Below, piece by piece: positions 28,181-44,225 of a stretch of DNA of 64,000 nucleotides. Origin of the DNA: the human T2T-CHM13v2.0 reference genome, Homo sapiens; NCBI RefSeq assembly GCF_009914755.1, contig NC_060932.1. The stretch is one strand, 5' to 3'. Made by a program: the position numbers and the translations under genes. Numbering within the stretch: position 1 is the stretch's first letter; every line of letters begins with the position of its first letter. A model generated the notes under the pieces. The model had not been told where the DNA came from. It saw only the letters and a list, made by a program, of their open reading frames with translations, and made no database searches.

Positions 28181-29039
28181 GCATTTAAAACCCCATCACC
28201 TTATCAAATAAGCTGTTTTTATTTGCCCGTGTTCTCTTATAATCCTTATCCATAGGTTTCCATAATTTTTATAAAATTGTATTTAAAATTTAAGTATAAT
28301 CTTGGATGCCATCAGGAAAATGAAAAACATTTTTACATTTGTGAAGGAAAAAGCCCACATCATTTCCAATATAGTTATTGAGTTAGTATTATCTAGACTA
28401 TCTATTAGCAGCTAAGGATCTGAGGTCAAGGCCTGCCAGCCTGGCATTTTACTTGACCACAACCTCCATGTGCACTAACCAGGCTGCTGAAAGAACATTA
28501 ACGGGAACATAACCTGCTGGCTTGGTTGCCACAATTTTAAAAAGACGTTGATAAATTAGAGAGCACTTAGAGGTTAGGAAATAATATGGTGGTAAAGATC
28601 TAGAAACAGTGTCATTCTGGGGCACTTGAAGATGTTTAGCCTGGGGGAACAACTTGAAATGGAACATAACTGTTTTCAAATACTTGAAAAATGGTGGTGC
28701 ACCACAGAGAATGGCCTAATCATGGGTAGCTTCAGACTTCAAACAAGGATCAGTGGGCTAAAACCAGAGAGATGGAGTTTGGGACTCAAAGAATGCTCAT
28801 CTGAAATTGAGGGCTGACCAGCGAGGTTCTTTTAAAAATCATTGCATTTTACTAAATTGTGAGTTCTGTAATTATAAATGTCCTAGCAGGTGCTAGCTGT
28901 CATCTTTTCTATTATAAATTATACTATTTTATGTTATAATTTGTATTATACAGGCTTAAAACATAAGGGTCTGATAATCTGCTTATCTTTAATACATAAG
29001 CCACTGATAGAAAATAAGTGGCTAACCATTCTTCAGTTC

Positions 29040-29830
<791 letters not shown>

Positions 29831-30721
29831 TATAAATTAGATTAGTAGATGTTGCCACTCCCTCCTCCACCACAGTGGCTCTATCCCTGGCTCCTGGCTC
29901 CAGCCAAGTACACTAGAGGAGGATATTCTAAACAGCAACAACACAGGAGCAAAGACATTACAATGGGGTGTTGTCTTATTGCCCCCATTAGACTGTAAGC
30001 ATCTTGAAGACAAGGACCCCCATCACAGAGTGATGTTGTCATCCCTGGAGTGGGCACTGTGCATGATTGATGACTGGAAGCAATGAACATACAGAAGGGC
30101 AAAACAGAAATCAGCAGGATGCTTTGCATTTCAGCATTGACTTTGCCAAATATGCCCAACTGTTCAGGGAGTTACACTGGTTCTAACGTAGCTCCTGTGA
30201 TTCCTAAGCACAGGAATGGTGATAATATATATAATGGTGCATGCATATATACGCATATCTAGATAATGATATCTCATTATATGTGAGAACTGAAGAACTC
30301 CGTTATGTTTCTCGTCTAACCAAAAAGGGCCTACAGCTACGATAACTTCCAAACAAATAAATCTGTGCTACTTGATTTTCATGCAAAGCTCATATTTGTT
30401 CAAAAGGAAAATAAAGCTTAATTTAAAATCAATTTAGGCTATTTTTATCTAAGTATGCTTACCGTTATTCAACTCCCTGCAGATATTGTCAAATTTCTCA
30501 ATATGGTAAATATTTATTCTGTTAAAATATATCCATAGTTACACTAAAGACAGAGAGGTCTTATATGTTCTAAACAACATAGAGCAAATGCTCATAAACA
30601 GCATTTTATTCCTATCTCCCGGAATAACAACGCTACTTCCAATTGCTGGAATCTAAATTATTAAAATAAACCCATGCTGCAAGCTTTGTATGCTTAACAT
30701 TCTCAAATGTTCACTTTTCAG

Positions 30722-30894
30722 ATATGGAAGTGAAGCAAATCAACAAACGTGCCTCTGGCCAGGCTTTTGAGCTGATCTTGAAGCCACCATCTCCTATCTC
30801 AGAAGCCCCACGAACTTTAGCTTCTCCAAAGAAGAAAGACCTGTCCCTGGAGGAGATCCAGAAGAAACTGGAGGCTGCAGAGGAAAGAAGAAAG
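30722..30894 (+). CDS. STMN2: STMN2 exon 3 (start of stathmin-like domain; Ser50, Ser62, Ser73)
   Basis: cacttttcAG|ATATGGAAG...AGAAAG|gtaact. Encodes [58 protein letters not shown]. Confidence 0.98.
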
Positions 30895-30968
30895 GTAACT
30901 TTTTCCATAGGTTTTCCTTCTCTCTCTCCCTCCCCTGCTCCTCCCTCTCACACACTCGGGCACACATG

Positions 30969-30972
<4 letters not shown>

Positions 30973-31020
<48 letters not shown>
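30973..31020 (+). repeat. Perfect (CA)24 microsatellite in intron 3
   Basis: 48 nt of uninterrupted CA counted from 30973 to 31020, 78 nt after the exon 3 end. Confidence 0.95.
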
Positions 31021-31024
<4 letters not shown>

Positions 31025-32220
31025 GAGAGCAATGACAGCTGAACCTGTGCCATGCCAACATGTATAGGTTTTCAGTAGACACAGAGCCAGGCTAGTTGGG
31101 GTAAAAACTGTAAGATAGATGCTAATTTTAGGCTAGCCAAACCAGAGCTCTCAGAAATCCAAAGAGCTTCAGTGCTCTAGTGCCCCTTCCCGTATATTGA
31201 ATCCCCTTATTATAAAAGCCTCCCTTCCCTAGACCATCAGGCAGAAGCACTGTAGAGAAAACACAGCCCTGGCGAACTCCAGTGGTGGGGAGGGGAAGAA
31301 GTGCTGCTTCCTCCCTCTCAGGATCTGTGTCACCCCCTTTGTCAGGCGTGGTTTTCCTTGGAATTACAAATTACCAGATCTTCCCTCCAAGATCTTTCCT
31401 GCCCAGGGTAAGGGCCAAGAGCTTGCCCCTTTCCTCTTCAGAGTCCCACTGCCTGCCCTGGAAGTTGGTCCTTCCAAGATCAGGACCTTCTCTGAGTTCT
31501 TTGAATATGTTCTTTATCTTTTTCTAAGACTTGATGGGGATTTTTCTCTTTTTGCCATTGGTCCCTGCTTATATTAAAGAGCTTTCCTTTTGCCAAATCT
31601 TTACTTTTCCATAATCACATGGCTAAGAAGAGCCAAGGGTATTATTTGAGAACACTTAGAAATCCTAGGGACTGTGTACACAAACAGAAGTTGTTTGAAT
31701 GTGTCTGTTCCAACCATGTGGTTATGGTAGTTAATCCCATCAAGGTACTCACGATCATCCAAAAATGGAATTCTTTTATGTAATTCATCCCCACATTGTA
31801 TTTCCCAATATTTTTTATGATATAATTTTAGAATCAGGTAATCACTAAGAACATGTTCCCTGCACAGTTTTATGATGTTTTCTCTAAAAAGTCAGCCAAA
31901 ACTTTGGACACTTCTATGTTGGATAATTAAAAACAGAATGAAGATAATCCTCCTCCTAAAGATTGAATTCTCCAAGAGAGAATGCAGGACAAACACAGAT
32001 GTGCTGTGTATAGTATATGTGCATATATACATGCATATATGTACACAAATATGTGTATTATCAAATAATGAGGCTCAAACATTAGAAATCCTTAGATTAA
32101 ATTTTCTAAACAAGAAAACACTAATCTTTGTAGTTGAAAAAAAATCCTCCTATGATATGTAATATGCTGATCTCAATTTTCACCTAAGAGTGATGTTCTC
32201 CAAATGTCCGATGAGCATTT

Positions 32221-32487
32221 CATATATATATATATGAATTTTTATATATATAATTACAATGGTAATTGGTATATAGAGATATCTATATTATAGATATATA
32301 TAGCTATCTCTATATATTACATATACCAATTATAGATATAGATATAACAATGGTAACTGGTGTATATGTGATGTGTATATATGTATATGTATACCATAAT
32401 TATATATTAATATTGTATATATGCCATAATTATATATTAATATTGGTATATATACACCATGATTATATATTAATATTGGTGTGTGTA

Positions 32488-32528
<41 letters not shown>

Positions 32529-32601
32529 CTAGTTATCATTGTTCTAGATTTAAAAAACAGGAACCTGAGCTACTAACTCGACTATATATATATATATATA
32601 T
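32221..32601. repeat. TA/TG-rich low-complexity block with a 3-copy ~30-33 bp minisatellite
   Basis: ccat(a/g)attatatattaatattg at about 32394, 32424 and 32457, plus (TG)n and (TA)n runs. Confidence 0.8.
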
Positions 32602-33559
32602 ACAGGAAGTTGCTTTAAAACATTTTTATCAGCTTTTTTATTGTTATTTTTAGCTTTATTCTCATAGTAAAGCTAAAATAAATTATTCAACATTATCAAA
32701 ACTTTGCTGCCAGCAGATGTAAGCAATACCTAAAACAGTGGAGAGCATGTTGCACCCAAAGCAGTTTAAGCTCTGACCCAAGCACTGGCATCTTATAGGC
32801 ACTGGGTAGAGATAAGAGTCATAGGTCGACATATATTGAGATGCTATGACTTGATTAGAATATGGAGTCAGTGACTGAGGTGAAATTAAAACTCAAACCA
32901 CAATTCAACATCCTGATTTAGGATGTTGCTGGTGTTTCTAGGTACTACACTTAATTTGAAAGAAATTATTGAGGATAAAAAAAGAACTGGGATCAACAAA
33001 ATTAACTAGGTGTTCTTATAAGAGTCCCTGAGGTTACTAATTAATGAAACTGATAAAGCTCCTGCACCCTGACAGCAAGAAATTATCAATGATTATACAT
33101 TTAAACAATTGAATTGAACTAGAAACTGGCCACATGGTTAAAAGACATTTACAAATGTAATCATCCAGTGTTATGATGCCCAGAAAAAAAAAATTCCTTA
33201 GAATGCTTTAAAAGCCGTATTCCATCACCTTTCCAGTTATTTGTTAAACATTTTGTAATGCAAAAATAACCATATAGATTATGCCCTAGTGGTCGGGTTT
33301 TATTTTTAGTTTTTTATGGTTTTTTTTTGTTAATGGTAGAGTTTTAATTAAAAGAAAATACAACTAATTAGCAGAAAGTGCCAACTTTAAAAAATCACTA
33401 ATTGATTTTATTCTATTGGGTTATACTGACTTAATTAGCACTAATTTAAAGAACTATTAATTATCTTTAAAGAGTCTTTAGCAAGTGCATATATCTCAGT
33501 AATTATGTTAGTAAGGACATGCCTATAACCAAAACCCAACTCAACTAGTTAAAACAAAA

Positions 33560-33995
33560 AGCAAATATGTGACTAAAAAGTCTAGGAGTGGCTACAGCAT
33601 CAGGAACAGCTGGATCCAGGGATCACAGTATTATCAGAAAACTTTCTTTCAGTGCCTGTCATCTCTTCCTGCATTTAACTGGTTTCATTATCAAGAAAGT
33701 TTAATTTCAATAGTCAGTTCCAAATTATTTTTCTCACAACTTAGCAACTCCAGCAGAAACAGAGCTTCTTTTTCCCAATAGTTTAACAAAAGTCCCGAAA
33801 TTGAGTCTCAATGGCCTGGCCTGGATCACAGGCCCAACCCAGAACCAATCATTATGGCCAAGAGGATGTAGTAGTTTGATATGCTAGCCTGAATCACATG
33901 CCCACCACTGACCTGCAAAGGATTTTAGGTAAGATCCCTGGGGTAAGAATTGTGGAGGGGTAGTTCCCCAGAAGAAAATCGAGGTGTTCTCACAA
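33560..33995. mobile_element. Old MLT1-type MaLR LTR fragment
   Basis: caggaacagctggatccagggatcac...ggcctggatcac...gaaccaatcattatggccaagagg. Confidence 0.5.
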
Positions 33996-34180
33996 GAGGA
34001 AGGGGTAATGGATCTTAAATAAACAAAACTATAGATGTCCACATTTTCTATCTATAAATGTTTAGTGTTACTATAACAATTAGAATAATTATTTAGTTCA
34101 TACACTATTCAATTTGTATCTCCCTTCTGTTGCCCTGTTGCCGTTATTTTCTTACAGATAGAATGAAAAATATTAATCTA

Positions 34181-34812
<632 letters not shown>

Positions 34813-35571
34813 TACGGATATTAAAACAGAAAACACCTAGTGAATAATGGGGAAATTTTAGGCCTAAGTTTTTAAAATCCATACCAGATAATTATTCAGA
34901 TTCAAATTTACTTTGTTTTTTCATATATATTCTTTAAAAATTACATTAATATGGGAACTCAGAAAGTTCAAAAGAAATTTCCATTCTATGGTTTTAGTCT
35001 TTACATTGTCAGAACTAATGCAAGTGTGAAGTTTAGGATGTACTGTAAGTAATAGGATCTTCTAAATCTCATGCCTTCTTCAGCTACCTACTCTGTTTCT
35101 ATTTCAGTTCCTCACTGTGGGGAGGGGACTTCTCTGAACCTAGGTTTCATCTCTCACTCTCGTTCATGGTAAACAGGTTTTCCTTTGTGGCACCTAGCAC
35201 AATTAGTAAGTAATTAGTATTTACTGGCATATTAGTATATATATGCATATGTATTTATTTAACCCTATGTCTTCTACTAGATTATAAACTCCATGAAGAT
35301 AGAACTTGTCTTTTGTTTAATAGTGCTTGGCAATAGTTATTACTGTAAACATTTTTTTTCTTTCTTATTCAACTCCTGTTAGTCATTGCCTGAGTACTAC
35401 AAATGTTTTTAAGTAAATTAATAAATAATAACTTTCAGGGCCAAATGTGAAAGCGGCAATATATAGCTTGTTTTGATTTTTTATTCCACCCTCCCATCCT
35501 AAAACAATTATAGTCACTAAGTTTCCAAATGACATCTGAAATTGCACTAAGGAAATCCTAGTCTGGGCAAA

Positions 35572-36090
35572 ATCACTCAGTCAACAGATATTTATCAAGC
35601 ACTTACTATTTGGCAGGCCCTGTTCTAGACACAGGGGATACTCATCAAACTTACATTCCAGTGGGGGAGAAAGAGCTAATAAATACATACACAGCATATT
35701 AGATGATGCAAAATTAGCAGGACAAAGAGAACTGGGGGTGTGGGGGTGAAAGAAGCTAATATTATATGTTATTATTACTATATATAATAATATAATTATT
35801 GGATAGTCAAAAAAAAACCTCTTGAATAAGACATTTGAAAAGAAGCACAAAGGTAGCAAGGGAGTAGGGCGGGCAGCTCTTCTCTGGGACCTGAACATTC
35901 AAAATGATGAGAGCAGCAGGTGCGGAGGCCCTGAAATAGGAATGTATGAGGTGTGTTTGAGAAATAACATGGAGGCCAGCGTGGCTGAAGCTGAGAGCAG
36001 GGGGAGAGTGGTAGCAACTGAAGTCAGAGGTCACAATTAAGGACTTTGACTTCACATGAAATGGGAGATCATGAAGGATAATAAAGCCAT
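35572..36090 (-). mobile_element. L2 3' end
   Basis: cactcagtcaacagatatttatcaagcacttactat...ggaggccagcgtggctgaagc. Confidence 0.75.
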
Positions 36091-37297
36091 TTCACTACTT
36101 TATGTGAATCACAGCATCTTTTTAAAGAAGTATCCTTTTTTAAAGGGGGAGATGACTAGAAAAATAAATAGTGTTAGATAAATAGAGAAAACAGGAAAAC
36201 ATTCTAGACTAAGACAGTGATTCCAGAACTAAGGATCCACAGAGGCGAGAATGCAGAAAGTGTAGGTTTCAGAGCAGTGGGTAGACTAAGGGTTTGGACT
36301 AGTGGATTTGGATAGGGAGTTGGAGAGTAGCGAGGTGGGATTAGGGAGGGCTGTGAATGCCAGGTTAGTGTGCAAACTCCATTATATAAGCAGTAAGGAG
36401 TCACTACAGACTTTTCAAAAATACATACATGTTCCACCTGGCCCACGGGTTAGCAACATTTTCGTTGCCCTGGACCCATTTCCTTCCCAATAAGTTACAG
36501 GTTTGTGAAGATTCTACCTAGCAAACATATTACTTTTAAATAACTATTAATAAATTATCTTACCATGATTATAATCAAAGGAATCTGTAATTGCTAATTA
36601 TTTCTGATTATTAAAAGATAAGCAGTATTGCACTAAATTGACATAATTCTAACTCAAAGTAAATATACAGATAGACATGGCTATAGATGTGAAATATGAT
36701 TTCTGTTAGGGCTTTTTAAATTTAAAAAAACTTACGAGTTCTCCTCCCTCCCCCTACCCTTAATACCTTGAAGGCCTCTTTGTGGGACTTCAGGGACCCC
36801 TTCAGGGAACTATGACCTAGGCTGTATTTGGGGGGCTTTCTGGGTTTATAGCTGGAAGGCTGCCACAGAGGCATCGCCACTTGGGCTCAGATTCACTTTG
36901 TGTTCAATGTTTTGGCAATGTCCCCACCTCCCCATTCCATCTGTTGACACTATTGCAGCACTGACCATCTGGTTACTAGGTTGGAGGATACTCCCTCGGG
37001 CTCCTTTGAACCAGAATTAGTGCTCCAGTGATTAGATAATAGAAGAAGCTTGTCATAAAAAGAATAAGCCCTTTCCCTGCTTTTTCTCCATTCTTTGATT
37101 ATCGCTGGTAGTCAGTGATGATCATCTCTATGAGTCTATATCAATCTCATCAGGTCAGTTTGAACCTCATCTCTTGAAATCAAAGTTTCCATAATGCAAC
37201 TGACCCACAAGGGTGAAATGACATGAATGCTTTAACCATCCATTTATCATTTATTCATTCATTCAACCAACATGTATTTAGCAAGAGGCAGCAGAGT

Positions 37298-37430
37298 TAG
37301 CATAACTATACATCCCAGTTGGCCCAGGACAACTCCAGCTAACTCTCGTTGTTTTGATACCATTATTAATTATTTCTCTTTACTCTCATAAGTGTTCCAC
37401 TTTGGACAATCAATTACATGAGCATCCTTA
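37298..37430. mobile_element. MER94-like hAT-Blackjack MITE
   Basis: catcccagttggcccaggaca...ctctcataagtgttccactttggacaatcaattacatg resembles the MER94 consensus as I recall it. Confidence 0.55.
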
Positions 37431-37474
37431 GCAGGGCACAGTGTTTAAGGGCATCTTTAAAATATTGTCTTTAA

Positions 37475-37640
37475 GAACATGTGGTTAAGAGAATGTCTGT
37501 GTTCAAATCCTGGTTCCACCACTTAAAAGCTGTGTGACCTCAAGCAAGTGACTTAATCTCCGTATGTCCTCCTTTGTCAATCTGTAAAATGAGACTAGTA
37601 ATAGAACTTATGGAGTTAGTGTGAGAATTGGAAGGTTACT
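37475..37640 (+). mobile_element. MIR SINE
   Basis: gttcaaatcctggttccaccact...gctgtgtgacctcaagcaagtgacttaatctc...tctgtaaaatgag. Confidence 0.8.
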
Positions 37641-37782
37641 CTACAATAAAGACATATAACCAGCATGGTAAAAGGGTTAGCAATTACTATGTGAAGAAGC
37701 ATCCAGTTTCTGACCTCACAGAGATTATCTAGCAAACTCATGATTTTATAAAGAAAAGAAGTTTCTCATCAACAGAGACTGA

Positions 37783-38175
<393 letters not shown>

Positions 38176-40143
38176 TGATAGGTAATAGATATATAAATAG
38201 GTCAGGCCAACTAAAAGTGTCCTGAAAAAATTAATATTGTGAAAACAAAAGGATTTTAATGACATTGATAAAATCTCACCCTAAAAGAGATTAAATTAAA
38301 AATCACCCTACTTGAACCAGTTCAGTGAGATTTCATTAGCATGCTCTCATTACTGGCATAATCAGCTTCAAAGTCACTAAGCCTCTGAAAGGAAGATGTG
38401 TTGCTTATTCTTAATAAAATGGCATAAAAGTAGATCATTAGTCACCAAACATGATAGACTTACCTTTTCCATTTGTTGGCATCTCACATTGTAGATGGCA
38501 ATTAAAATGGAATCCAGGGAAAGAGGGGGTGGTTTGTATAGCAATGGATTATGAAACAAAGTACTGGATTATTCACCGCTTGACATTCAGGAAACATTCT
38601 GCTCCTTACAGAATATGGCACGTGGGCCACAGAATCTTCCGTGTGCTACCTTCTCGGTGAAGAAGAGCACCCCCAAGTTTCTTTTCCTAGGAGCTAACCA
38701 CAGTAAACCCATTACACACTTTAGCAGAAGGGCTCATTCTAAAGGTCTTAGGATTTTAATCATTTTAAATTTCCTGTTATGCTTCAGGCTCTTCAACACA
38801 AAGTGAATATTGTACTCTTTGGTTTTACATAATTATATTCAATTGTCATATTTCAACAGGACATTATTTGTGACTTTAGATGGGTCAATAATGATTTTCA
38901 TTGTCAGCAGTAAAGTCAATAATTACAGACACATCACCTACCCTACTTGTGTAAAAGCATTTTTTGGTACTAGGAGATTTAGTGTCTGATCAACGGTCCT
39001 GGATAGCAAGTAATATATCCCCCAAATAATGAAAAGTGACAAGAAAATAAATATGTTTACTTCAGAAATAAATGGAAAATTAGTGCTATCTAAAATGTAG
39101 TCTTAAGTCTCATCTGTGTACATAAAGTAAAATGAGTTTTATGTACTAGTTACTCAAATTTATCTTCCACTCCATTTGTATAGTAATTAAACTCTTACAC
39201 TCAGTAATATACAAATTGGTAATTAACCTCTTTGCAAAATGTTAAAGTGTTCCTAAATGTACAATAAGTCTCCTTTCCTGTCTCATTGTTTTTCGCTTCA
39301 CGTACCTCTCATGTAATTATTTCAATGATTGAGTTCAGTGTGAGGAGGTTTATGCCTAGAAAAGGTGCTCACCAATAATGTGCCTCAGTTCCCATAATAG
39401 CAAGATCGAGAAGGTTCTTTAGTCTCCCGGAACGTCACGTTGAACATCTCAGTTCTATATTTTGCCTTGACATTTGCATTATATCAGCTGATCATTGTCT
39501 TGCCCTAATTTTCCCTTTTAATATTTTAGTGACCTTCTATGTTAGGTACAGGTTATTTAGAAGTGTTCCTCCAAGGCCAGATACTTTTTCCTTGAACAAT
39601 TTATTTTTAACAACTTTTAGCGATTTTCTCACTTCACCACCCTCCGTTTCATAAGTCCACGCAATCACAATTCCTTTCTGCTAATCTGCACAGTCAAGAT
39701 ATAAAGTAAGAATACCTATTTGAACATGTAGTGAGAACTTTACTTCTCTGCCAAAAATGAAGGAAAATGCTGCCACTTTTGTATGTCACATGTTTTTTAT
39801 TCTACAGCCTCACTCACTTCATGTCATGTTTTAGTGCAGTTTTCTGGACTAACTGCTTATTTTCTCATTGATTAAACTGCCTATTTGCTCATTGGAATTA
39901 GAGCCAATTTTTTTCCTTGAGGGTCTGACTAGAAGATTAAACTATGTTCATGTGAGAATCAATTTCTACCTAAGAAATGAGTTAGAGGAGTTATGGGCAG
40001 CAATATCTATCTGGATGCTACACTGTGAAAAAGGAAGCGAGGTTATGCCTTTCTACCCCAATGGGGTAGCAGAGACCTCAGGAACTGAGGTAGATGCCCC
40101 CCTGGTTATTAGCGCCCCTGAATAATTTGTTCAAAAATTGACT

Positions 40144-40310
40144 GCTGGACAGGTGTCGTGTTGCACGCCTGTAGTCCCAGCTGTGCAGGAGGCTGAGGCA
40201 AGAGGATCTCTTGAGCCCAGGAATTTGAGGCTATAGTAAACTAAGGTCACACCACTATACTCCAGCCTGAGCAACAAAGCAAGACCCTGTCTCTAAATTT
40301 AAAAAAAAAT
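40144..40310 (+). mobile_element. Alu monomer (FRAM/FAM-like)
   Basis: Single arm: gcctgtagtcccagc...ttgagcccagga...gaccctgtctct + A run. Confidence 0.8.
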
Positions 40311-42451
40311 ATTGAATGCTTATGAATAGAGACTAATATAGGAAGTCATAAGTATTTCCTTGGGATAGAATGCTTTCCACCATAATTGACTTGACATCCT
40401 GTATTTTTGTATGTGTGGACTTAAGTTTTAAATATTTGAAACACAGACAATTATTAAGTCCTGCAAATGTGTGAGTTAATAGTGGATATAACATTCCCTT
40501 CCAGGGTGTAAGAAAAGGTACCACAGAAGTGAGCAGCCCTGAAGCACAGCCTGGCCTAGTTTGGCAGGTCTCTGTGAGTTAGCAGCAGACTCACGTGACC
40601 ACACTCTGTACTGCCTTCTGTTTCTGTTTCACCCCATTAATTGTGCTAAAGAAATGCACTTGACACCTATGCTGTGTAATCTCATTTAGCCCCAATAGCA
40701 ACAAAAGTACTAACCCCATTAAATTGAGTCATTTCAAACTGAGCCAAATGTTGCACTCCAGTAAATGGAGTAGGCATTGGTTATAATGGGAATTCTCCAT
40801 TATTCATAATGGAAACCACAGGAGTTTGTTCATGCAGATCAAATGTGTCCCACCAAGGCAAGAAGTATGGAAAAGTGGTGTTGCTGTATTACCTTGTAAT
40901 TTCAAAGCCTTCCCGTCTGAATCTTATTTCCCTGCTGTTTCCTCTTGACTTTGGTTCTTTCACAAAGGAAAATTAAGAACACAAATATAAACATTAAGTT
41001 AAAACACAACTGAACAAAGTGCCAAACTTAATTGGAGCATCTGAAAATGAAACATTAGGCAGTTGCAGTGGCCTCTTGATAATAATTCACAGTAACTCTC
41101 TGTAAGCTGATCCTGTCTGAAGAGCAGCAGGCACAAGGCCCCTGGCCATGAAGTCCATCTCAAAGGGCCAGGCTCAGCAAAGCAGGATGCAAACCCAGGC
41201 TTTCCAAATACCAGGTTGGGGCTCATGTCACTGTGCCACAGGAGCTTCTGTAGAAAGGCTACTTGAAAAAAGTGGCCATTAAAAATCCAGGTGGATCCTA
41301 TCTAGGGCAGTGTTGGAAACACTGATCTATGGGAGGAGGAGCAGGAAGGAATTGTTTAACCACTGAGCAGAAATGTTACATTGCTACCTGCCTTTAGCAG
41401 CTGTGGCTGATGGGTACCAGTTGCTAAGAAGAGCATTACCTAACAGTGTATTAAGATAGAAAAATGATTTTAAAGCACGGCACTTAGAGAATGTTGAAGT
41501 TTTACTTTGCTTTATTTTGATTTGTTTGGTTTGACTTTGTCTCCTGGAGCATCCTCCATGGATTTCTGTTCATTACAAGAGAAACCTAGGGCTCTAACCC
41601 AATTCCTAATTCTTGGACACATTGCACCCTTGTTTTGTGATAATCCAGCCTTCTTCCTTGAGAAGGTTTGCTGGACTGGAGGTTACATGTATTGAATTTT
41701 CTAAAATGAAGGTGCAAAGCTGTCTCCTCTTATTTCTTTGTGGTGCTCACTTCACTGTGAGATTTCCTATCAATACAGCCCAAGTCAGTGGGCATGCATG
41801 AGGTGGAGATGAGGGAGTTAGGAAGGACTTGGACTCTCATCAACCATCAGGATCCCTGAATCCACTAACTGTTCATAATCAAAGAAGTTTGAACAAATAC
41901 TTCACACACATGAAATTGCCAAAATTTTGCATTTGAGTTGTTATACCAGTAAGTCCAGTTGCCATCATCTCCTTGTCACAAGTGTCTTAAATTTTGCTTT
42001 TGATAATAATGATTACCACTCATTCAGTACTAACTTACTTGATATTAGACACTGCATTAAATACCTTGCAAACATTATTTTGTTTGATCCTGACAACCAT
42101 ATGAGATAGGTACTATTCTTATCCATTACCAAAAAAAATAATTTCATGAAGACTTTTCCCAGAGAGAGAAACTTTAAATATTTACACACACACCTCTCTC
42201 CCTGTAACAATTCCGTAGTCCTGATAACAGCAAATAAGCAAAGTCTGTGTAGGATGCTTTACCAACAGTCCCACCTAGAGGCAGGAGAGTGAACCAGCTA
42301 GAAAATATTTTATTCATATTTCTTCCAGAAAGGCTCCATTGGAGTTTGAACTCAATTTATGTTATAATTTTCTTATTATTTTTGTATTGGTTTTCCTGAA
42401 ACCAATACAAAGTAAGAAAGCATTGGTTCCACTAAAAATGTCCTAAAACCA

Positions 42452-42752
42452 GCCAAGCACAGTGGCTCACACCTATAATCCCAGTACTTTGGGAGGCCGA
42501 GGCGGGTGGATCACTTAAGCCAGGAGTTCAAGACTAGCCTGGCCAACATGACGAAACCCCATCTCTACTAAAAATACAAAAATTAGCAGGGTGTGGTAGC
42601 ACACACCTGTAATCTCAGCTACTCAGGAAGCTGAGACATGAGAATCGCTTGAACCTCAGAGGCAGAGATTACAGTGAGCAGAGATCACGCCACTGTACTT
42701 CTGCCTGGGTGACAGAGCGAGACTCTATCTAAAAAAAAATAAACACATAAAT
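42452..42752 (+). mobile_element. AluS
   Basis: Full dimer. TSD aaaatgtcct(a/g)aaacca. Confidence 0.94.
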
Positions 42753-44225
42753 AGTAAAATGTCCTGAAACCATTATGGGGTTAAAGCAAGAGGCAGGGCT
42801 GGTTCCCAGGATTTTCTGTCTAATCTCCAGTGAGCCACAGACCTATTCCTGATCAACTTGAGAATAAACACATCAGTAAAGATGTGTAAGGCTGTCTGAC
42901 TTTCCCATTTCTGTAGAATTTTATTTGAAGAGAAGTTTCTCCTTTCTCCAGGCCCCATATTGTTTATACAAAAAGACCTTTCCAGTAAATGTCCACAACC
43001 ACTACCATCAACTAAAATGTTTTCCCACTAATGCTTTCAATGGTAATCAGTATTTAACAGGGCACTTAGGATTATTTTTTGATCAACCATTGTTTAGATA
43101 TTCCCACTTATAATTACTCCTGTGAAGGATTGCCTCGGGGCATCAGCTGATCCTGAGAAATTATCCAGAAGCCATGAGTGTGTAATAATTTAGTCTTAAA
43201 CCTAAATAGGTCAGTATTGGGTGGGACTTTTCTCAGCTGCATAATGGGGAGAATAAAAAGAATATGGAAAGAAGTTACGTAACACATCCTGGGTCACAAA
43301 CAGAGGTAAGACTTGAACACAGGCCTGACATCAAAGCCCATGCCAGTATGACTTACAAAAGGTAGACTGGACTACCTGCATTTGAGTCACTAGTGATGCT
43401 TATCACTGGGCCTCACCAAAGAACCTTGGAATCAGAATCTTTGGAGGTAGATGCCAGGCACCTGCATTGTTATCAAGTGCTCCAGTGATTACCATTCACT
43501 GTACAGAGCCAAACAGACTCCTGATGCTGGAAGAAAATTACAGTGCTCAAAGTGCAGGGCAGGGTGTACATCTGGATCTAAATCACTGAGCAACCACAGG
43601 GTTTCAAGAGAGGGTCAAAACAAGGACTTTCTGCTCTCTGTGGCCAAGGGGACACTAAGTTTGCACTGTTCTCAGATCTCCAAAGAGACTTTGGTGTATG
43701 GGGGATAGGGAGGGGGGAAGGGGGTGTGAAATAAAAGGAGAAAGTGAATTTGATTATTTGATTGATGAAAATTGAAAAGCTTATTGTAGGGCCTAGCCTA
43801 CAGTTGATGAAAAAACAATGGATCAGGAAGAAGATCAGAACTTGTCTCAGTCCTCAACTGTTTTCCTCAGGCTTTGGTTGAATATTGCCATCCTGTAATT
43901 CATTATAGCATTTTCTGTTGCATAAACGCTTAGCAACAAAGCCTTTTTTTAAAAAAATTTGTAACTCCTCAATGAGGATTAAATGCTTCTTCTTCTAAGA
44001 CAGTCCGAAATATACTCACAGCTGAAAATTCAGCTAACCGCATTTCCCAACTAGCCACATTCTATAGAAAACTCTAAGCCATGCAGATGAGTACAGACTT
44101 GACAATAGTGCTCAAGGCTGGGAGTACTATTCATCTGAAAAGAATGCTCCCTCCAATTGGTGGGCCGTTATTCTGCTAGGTTTGTGTTTGGATAATTATA
44201 AGATGGCTATGTTTTTCTTCCCCAG

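Noticed and set aside
30794-31053. Minus-strand poly-(Cys-Val) ORFs
   Set aside because: Translation of the (TG)n strand of the microsatellite.
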